This document shows, one piece after another, positions 49,186 through 52,236 of a stretch of 52,236 nt of DNA (its first letter is position 1; every line of letters begins with the position of its first letter). The notes below the pieces were generated by a model. The model saw only the letters and a list, made by a program, of their open reading frames with translations, did no database searches and was not told where the DNA came from. The stretch spans positions 1 to 52,236 of IMG/VR virus record IMGVR_UViG_3300006921_000023; one strand, given 5' to 3'. This DNA is from a virus. Taxonomy: Duplodnaviria > Caudoviricetes. The translations under genes were made by a program, and so were the position numbers.

Positions 49186-49193
49186 ATAAATAT
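49186..49193 (-). promoter_or_regulatory. Putative promoter motif ATATTTAT
   Basis: Lies in the 21-nt gap before the UVR-like ORF and tmRNA. Confidence 0.5.
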
Positions 49194-49206
49194 CTATTAG
49201 TAAGTG

Positions 49207-49641
49207 TTAACTTTGTTCTTTTATTAACTTTTGCAATTTAGAATGCTTGTGATATAATTCATTCATTTCCTTTAGTTGATCTGGATTGATTATCTTAATA
49301 CTTTCAATTCTGAATATGATATCTTGCACATCCATTAAATCGCACTGCATTTTATCAGCATCAAAATTAGCAGATCCTTTAGAGTCTTTTATATTATCTT
49401 TAATTAAAGATAGTAATAATTTGCCCTTCTCTAGGACCTGCTTAATTTTATTTCTAGTGAATGCATTGGATGGATCCATTTCACTGAACATATTATTCAA
49501 TGCATTCTTTAACGACTCTACGTCTTTTGTTTCGCCGAGCTTTTCTAATGCTGTATTACTTGATGCTTGGTTTAGCAACTTTGTTCCCATTTGTTCTAGC
49601 TTTTTGTGAACGCTTGTTTTTATAATATTTTCTTTTGCCAT
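49207..49641 (-). CDS. Hypothetical helical protein (start uncertain)
   Basis: ORF track; overlaps the upstream ORF by 86 nt. Confidence 0.5.
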   Translation of the reverse strand: MAKENIIKTSVHKKLEQMGTKLLNQASSNTALEKLGETKDVESLKNALNNMFSEMDPSNAFTRNKIKQVLEKGKLLLSLIKDNIKDSKGSANFDADKMQCDLMDVQDIIFRIESIKIINPDQLKEMNELYHKHSKLQKLIKEQS

Positions 49642-49804
49642 TACTCGGTTTATTTGATTTATTCAAATACTCTTTTAGAAATTTATTTACCAACTGCTGG
49701 TCATATAACATTCCTTTAATGTCAGTTGCTGACCTCATTGTTAATAAATATGTAGCAGCTGCACCAATTAGTGCACCTACTACAAGTGTTAATATTGTTT
49801 CCAT
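49556..49804 (-). CDS. Small membrane-anchored basic protein (82 aa)
   Basis: N-terminal TM LVVGALIGAAATYLL; start overlaps the upstream stop. Confidence 0.65.
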   Translation of the reverse strand: METILTLVVGALIGAAATYLLTMRSATDIKGMLYDQQLVNKFLKEYLNKSNKPSNGKRKYYKNKRSQKARTNGNKVAKPSIK

Positions 49805-50139
49805 TAGCTCATTCTCCTTGATTCTAGACCTTTATTTGCAGCCATTGGAGTTTCTACTCCTCCCAGTCGTTGGCTAATACGAGCCGCATGCTGAGCATCT
49901 TGACACGTCTCAATAATTCTAGACATTTCTGTATACGTCAGGTCAATGTGTCCACACTTACCTAAGAATAGAGTAGCAATCAGAGGCATCTTAGATCCGT
50001 CAGGAAAGAATGCATCTCCTTTCTTTAATTCATACCTGATGTGATCCCAGGTCGGTCCATACTTCTTTCTATTGAAAGGTTTGTTTTGATTGTGGATAGT
50101 TGGTTTACTTCTCGAAAATTGTTTTCTTTTCTTCGCCAT
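49804..50139 (-). CDS. Hypothetical protein (111 aa)
   Basis: ORF track; operon packing. Confidence 0.6.
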   Translation of the reverse strand: MAKKRKQFSRSKPTIHNQNKPFNRKKYGPTWDHIRYELKKGDAFFPDGSKMPLIATLFLGKCGHIDLTYTEMSRIIETCQDAQHAARISQRLGGVETPMAANKGLESRRMS

Positions 50140-50183
50140 TTTAATTTAGTACGTAGGGTGTACAAGCCGGTCTTAGTTAAAAA

Positions 50184-50537
50184 TTAGTTATTAAATATAT
50201 CGTCCTCATGGACGGTTTCATCACCAAAGAAGTTTTCCATTGCTGCGGTCAACTCCATTGCTTTTTTGTTTGCTTTGAATGCCTTACCATTACCAGATAT
50301 AACTTTATCTGCATGTACGCAGACTGCAGCTTGTTCCCAAGCTTGAAATACTGAAGTAGCTGGAGGCATTAGATGTTCTTCACGGATTACAGATTTATTA
50401 TTTCTATCTAATACAGTATATGTACCATTTGAGTTCGAATGGGATTTAGCCTTAGGACTAATTCTTCTTACTTTCTTTTGAAGTTTCTTGAACTTTAATT
50501 GTTTAGCTGAATAATCTATTGGTTGCTTATAAGCCAT
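50184..50537 (-). CDS. Hypothetical basic protein (117 aa)
   Basis: Follows the promoter at 50588-50617; A-rich leader. Confidence 0.65.
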   Translation of the reverse strand: MAYKQPIDYSAKQLKFKKLQKKVRRISPKAKSHSNSNGTYTVLDRNNKSVIREEHLMPPATSVFQAWEQAAVCVHADKVISGNGKAFKANKKAMELTAAMENFFGDETVHEDDIFNN

Positions 50538-50559
50538 GTTGTTTGTTTTTGTTATTACT

Positions 50560-50579
50560 ACTTTAGTGTTTACTAAAGT
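50560..50579. promoter_or_regulatory. Perfect inverted repeat ACTTTAGT-N4-ACTAAAGT (5' hairpin or operator)
   Basis: 8-bp stem just downstream of the promoter -10 element. Confidence 0.45.
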
Positions 50580-50587
50580 TTATCTTT

Positions 50588-50617
50588 AATATACTAAATA
50601 TTTTCCAGAAAGTCAAC
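50588..50617 (-). promoter_or_regulatory. Host-RNAP-type promoter GTTG-N20-TATATT (TTGACT-N17-TATATT)
   Basis: GTTG ACTTTCTGGAAAATATTTAG TATATT, intergenic. Confidence 0.75.
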
Positions 50618-50634
50618 AGTTAGTATGTTTTATT

Positions 50635-50790
50635 TTAAGATTTTTTCTTATTGAATTTTCTTAGATTTTCTTCCAGCTTATTGTTTGGGCTATAAGCTTC
50701 TGCTATATAGTTTAATATAGTCCATGCTAAACATATTACTATAATTCCTACAAATGTCATTCCGAATATCACTGCGATTGTATCCATCAT
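50635..50790 (-). CDS. Small single-TM protein (51 aa, MMDTIAVIFG...FNKKKS), not in ORF track
   Basis: Manual translation: hydrophobic helix plus basic tail; fills the gap. Confidence 0.6.
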   Translation of the reverse strand: MMDTIAVIFGMTFVGIIVICLAWTILNYIAEAYSPNNKLEENLRKFNKKKS

Positions 50791-50795
50791 CTTAT

Positions 50796-50924
50796 TTATT
50801 TTTTGAATTTACTTTTAATTTTATACATTACATATCCTACTACGGGTGTGCCATACAATAAGGTTAGCAAACTAGGATGTGGCTCACCACACGCTCCTGT
50901 TAAATGTTTTAGAAACTCTATCAT
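50796..50924 (-). CDS. Small membrane peptide (42 aa, MIEFLKHLTGACGEPHPSLL...KFKK), not in ORF track
   Basis: ATGA overlap with the ligase stop; H-x4-CGE-x-HP motif followed by a hydrophobic segment. Confidence 0.65.
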   Translation of the reverse strand: MIEFLKHLTGACGEPHPSLLTLLYGTPVVGYVMYKIKSKFKK

Positions 50925-52236
50925 ACTGTTCTTCCGTTTTCGTACACAAACTTTACAGTTGGAAATCTTAAAGAATGTTCTCCATCCTTATTAGTAGTTT
51001 CCTCAAAGTATTGTACTGTTATTGTTTTACCTAATAGGTCTTCAGGATTGTAGAAGTACTTTATTCTCTGTTCTTGAGACCATCCCGATCCTACCTTTAC
51101 TATATTACCTTTGTGCTCTATCTCTACAGCAGCAAGCATTTCTCTTTCCGTTTCTAATCCAGTGACACTATCTATAACTCTATGCCTCTCTATTATTAGA
51201 TTGTTAACTGTATACTCTGCATCATGGAACTTCTTCACTTTTAATAGGCTGTTAGTTCTCTTACCTTCATATCCAACATCCTCTCTAATCATAAGACCTT
51301 CCCAACCTTGTTTAGAAGCTGTTGTGCATAATGATTGGAAATGTGCATCAGTTGTAATTGGCCATTGCTCTAATATACTAACATGATCCAAGTTCGATAT
51401 ACCAATCGTATTGTTGTAGTACTTAACACAAGCGGCTATTCTATCTTGCAAAGGAACAATACTACATTGACTGAAAAAGTCTTCAGCTGTAATCATATCA
51501 AATATCTTAAACATTGGATTATCTATCTGATGATCTTTTCTCTTAATCTGTTTCATAATACCTTGGAAGTCTTCATTACCATCTTCATCCATTAGACAGA
51601 TCTCTCCATCAAACACCACACCGTGAAGATCATTTGTTTCACAGAAGTGTTGAATATCATCTTGAATCTTTTGTAATGTTTCAAACTCATTACCTTGTCT
51701 AGAATATAACTTTACATTACAATCTTCATCTACTAGAGCTAAACATCTTACACCATCTAACTTCCTAGATGCAAACCAATGTTGTGTTTCGAAATCAACC
51801 TTCTTAGCTTGCTTGTCATACGGTTGCGCTAATGCAACTTTGAACTCAGGAATCAATCCTGGTATAGCTTTATTGATACTAGAGTCTGTTCTAGTTTTAA
51901 GATTCTTATCTATGATACACCAAAACAATTCTTTGTAAGGATTGTTATGAACTTCCTCTCCAAAATCTAAACCATCTGCATAAGCATTGCAAGCTGCAAT
52001 AGCATCATGACCAGTGAGCTCTCTGTTAGCTAACTTATCAAGTAAAATGAATAAACTAGCATAAGCTATATCAGCTTTTAAGTCTGAATTCTTTTTACAG
52101 TTCTTACTTGTTACATTGAACTTCATAAAAGGATTGTAAGTGTAGTGTAATACGTTCTTGATAAACTCATTATCTTTATACGATTTGATTATATCAATCT
52201 TTTCGTTCTTTGAGTTTGTATTGTTTAACTCTGAGA
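50921..52236 (-). CDS. ATP-dependent DNA ligase, 5' end beyond the window
   Basis: KLDGVR, FDGE, KIFD, EGLMIR, LLKVKK, VGSG, LRFP. The frame stays open upstream of the tracked Met (SELNNTNSKNEKIDII...YNPF) to the window edge. Confidence 0.93.
   Translation of the reverse strand, partial: SELNNTNSKNEKIDIIKSYKDNEFIKNVLHYTYNPFMKFNVTSKNCKKNSDLKADIAYASLFILLDKLANRELTGHDAIAACNAYADGLDFGEEVHNNPYKELFWCIIDKNLKTRTDSSINKAIPGLIPEFKVALAQPYDKQAKKVDFETQHWFASRKLDGVRCLALVDEDCNVKLYSRQGNEFETLQKIQDDIQHFCETNDLHGVVFDGEICLMDEDGNEDFQGIMKQIKRKDHQIDNPMFKIFDMITAEDFFSQCSIVPLQDRIAACVKYYNNTIGISNLDHVSILEQWPITTDAHFQSLCTTASKQGWEGLMIREDVGYEGKRTNSLLKVKKFHDAEYTVNNLIIERHRVIDSVTGLETEREMLAAVEIEHKGNIVKVGSGWSQEQRIKYFYNPEDLLGKTITVQYFEETTNKDGEHSLRFPTVKFVYENGRTV

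Noticed and set aside
40-51595. All plus-strand ORFs in the track (e.g. 8501..8956, 19315..19818, 38791..39246)
   Set aside because: They lie antisense to long, motif-bearing minus-strand genes and have no recognisable motifs, so they are shadow ORFs.
1-52236. Stop-codon reassignment (TAG or TGA recoding, as in some large phages)
   Set aside because: Genes are full-length and tightly packed under code 11, and TAG and TGA both terminate genes at sensible boundaries.
1-52236. CRISPR array, diversity-generating retroelement, introns or inteins
   Set aside because: I saw no regularly spaced repeats, reverse transcriptase, adenine-specific TR/VR pair, or interrupted enzyme genes. The 80-nt fibre repeat differs at all base types.

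Overview
This window is a 52 kb, AT-rich fragment of a large myovirus-type (contractile-tail) bacteriophage genome. Every credible gene is on the minus strand under genetic code 11. Positions 1-41141 are mostly a tail and baseplate module: a giant multi-domain fibre gene of more than 2790 aa that the ORF track missed (<1..8375), two further fibre or tail proteins, and gp6-, gp25- and gp5-like baseplate genes. A replication and recombination trio interrupts it: a single-chain Mre11-Rad50 (SbcD-SbcC) fusion, a primase and a T7 endonuclease I-like resolvase. Positions 41145-52236 hold a gp55-like sigma factor, HD hydrolase, membrane-anchored lysozyme, ClpP, 5'(3')-nucleotidase, Hsp20, small hypotheticals and a truncated ATP-dependent DNA ligase. 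The most striking non-coding element is a compact, circularly permuted (two-piece) tmRNA at about 48590-48816 encoding the tag GEQVEMAMAA*, lying near clpP and hsp20. Also visible are a 16-bp long-range helix joining the two ends of the predicted hsp20 transcript, and two promoter classes (GTTG-N20-TATATT and ATATTTAT) that correlate with absence or presence of Shine-Dalgarno sequences. All assignments come from motif recognition by eye; no database searches were run.
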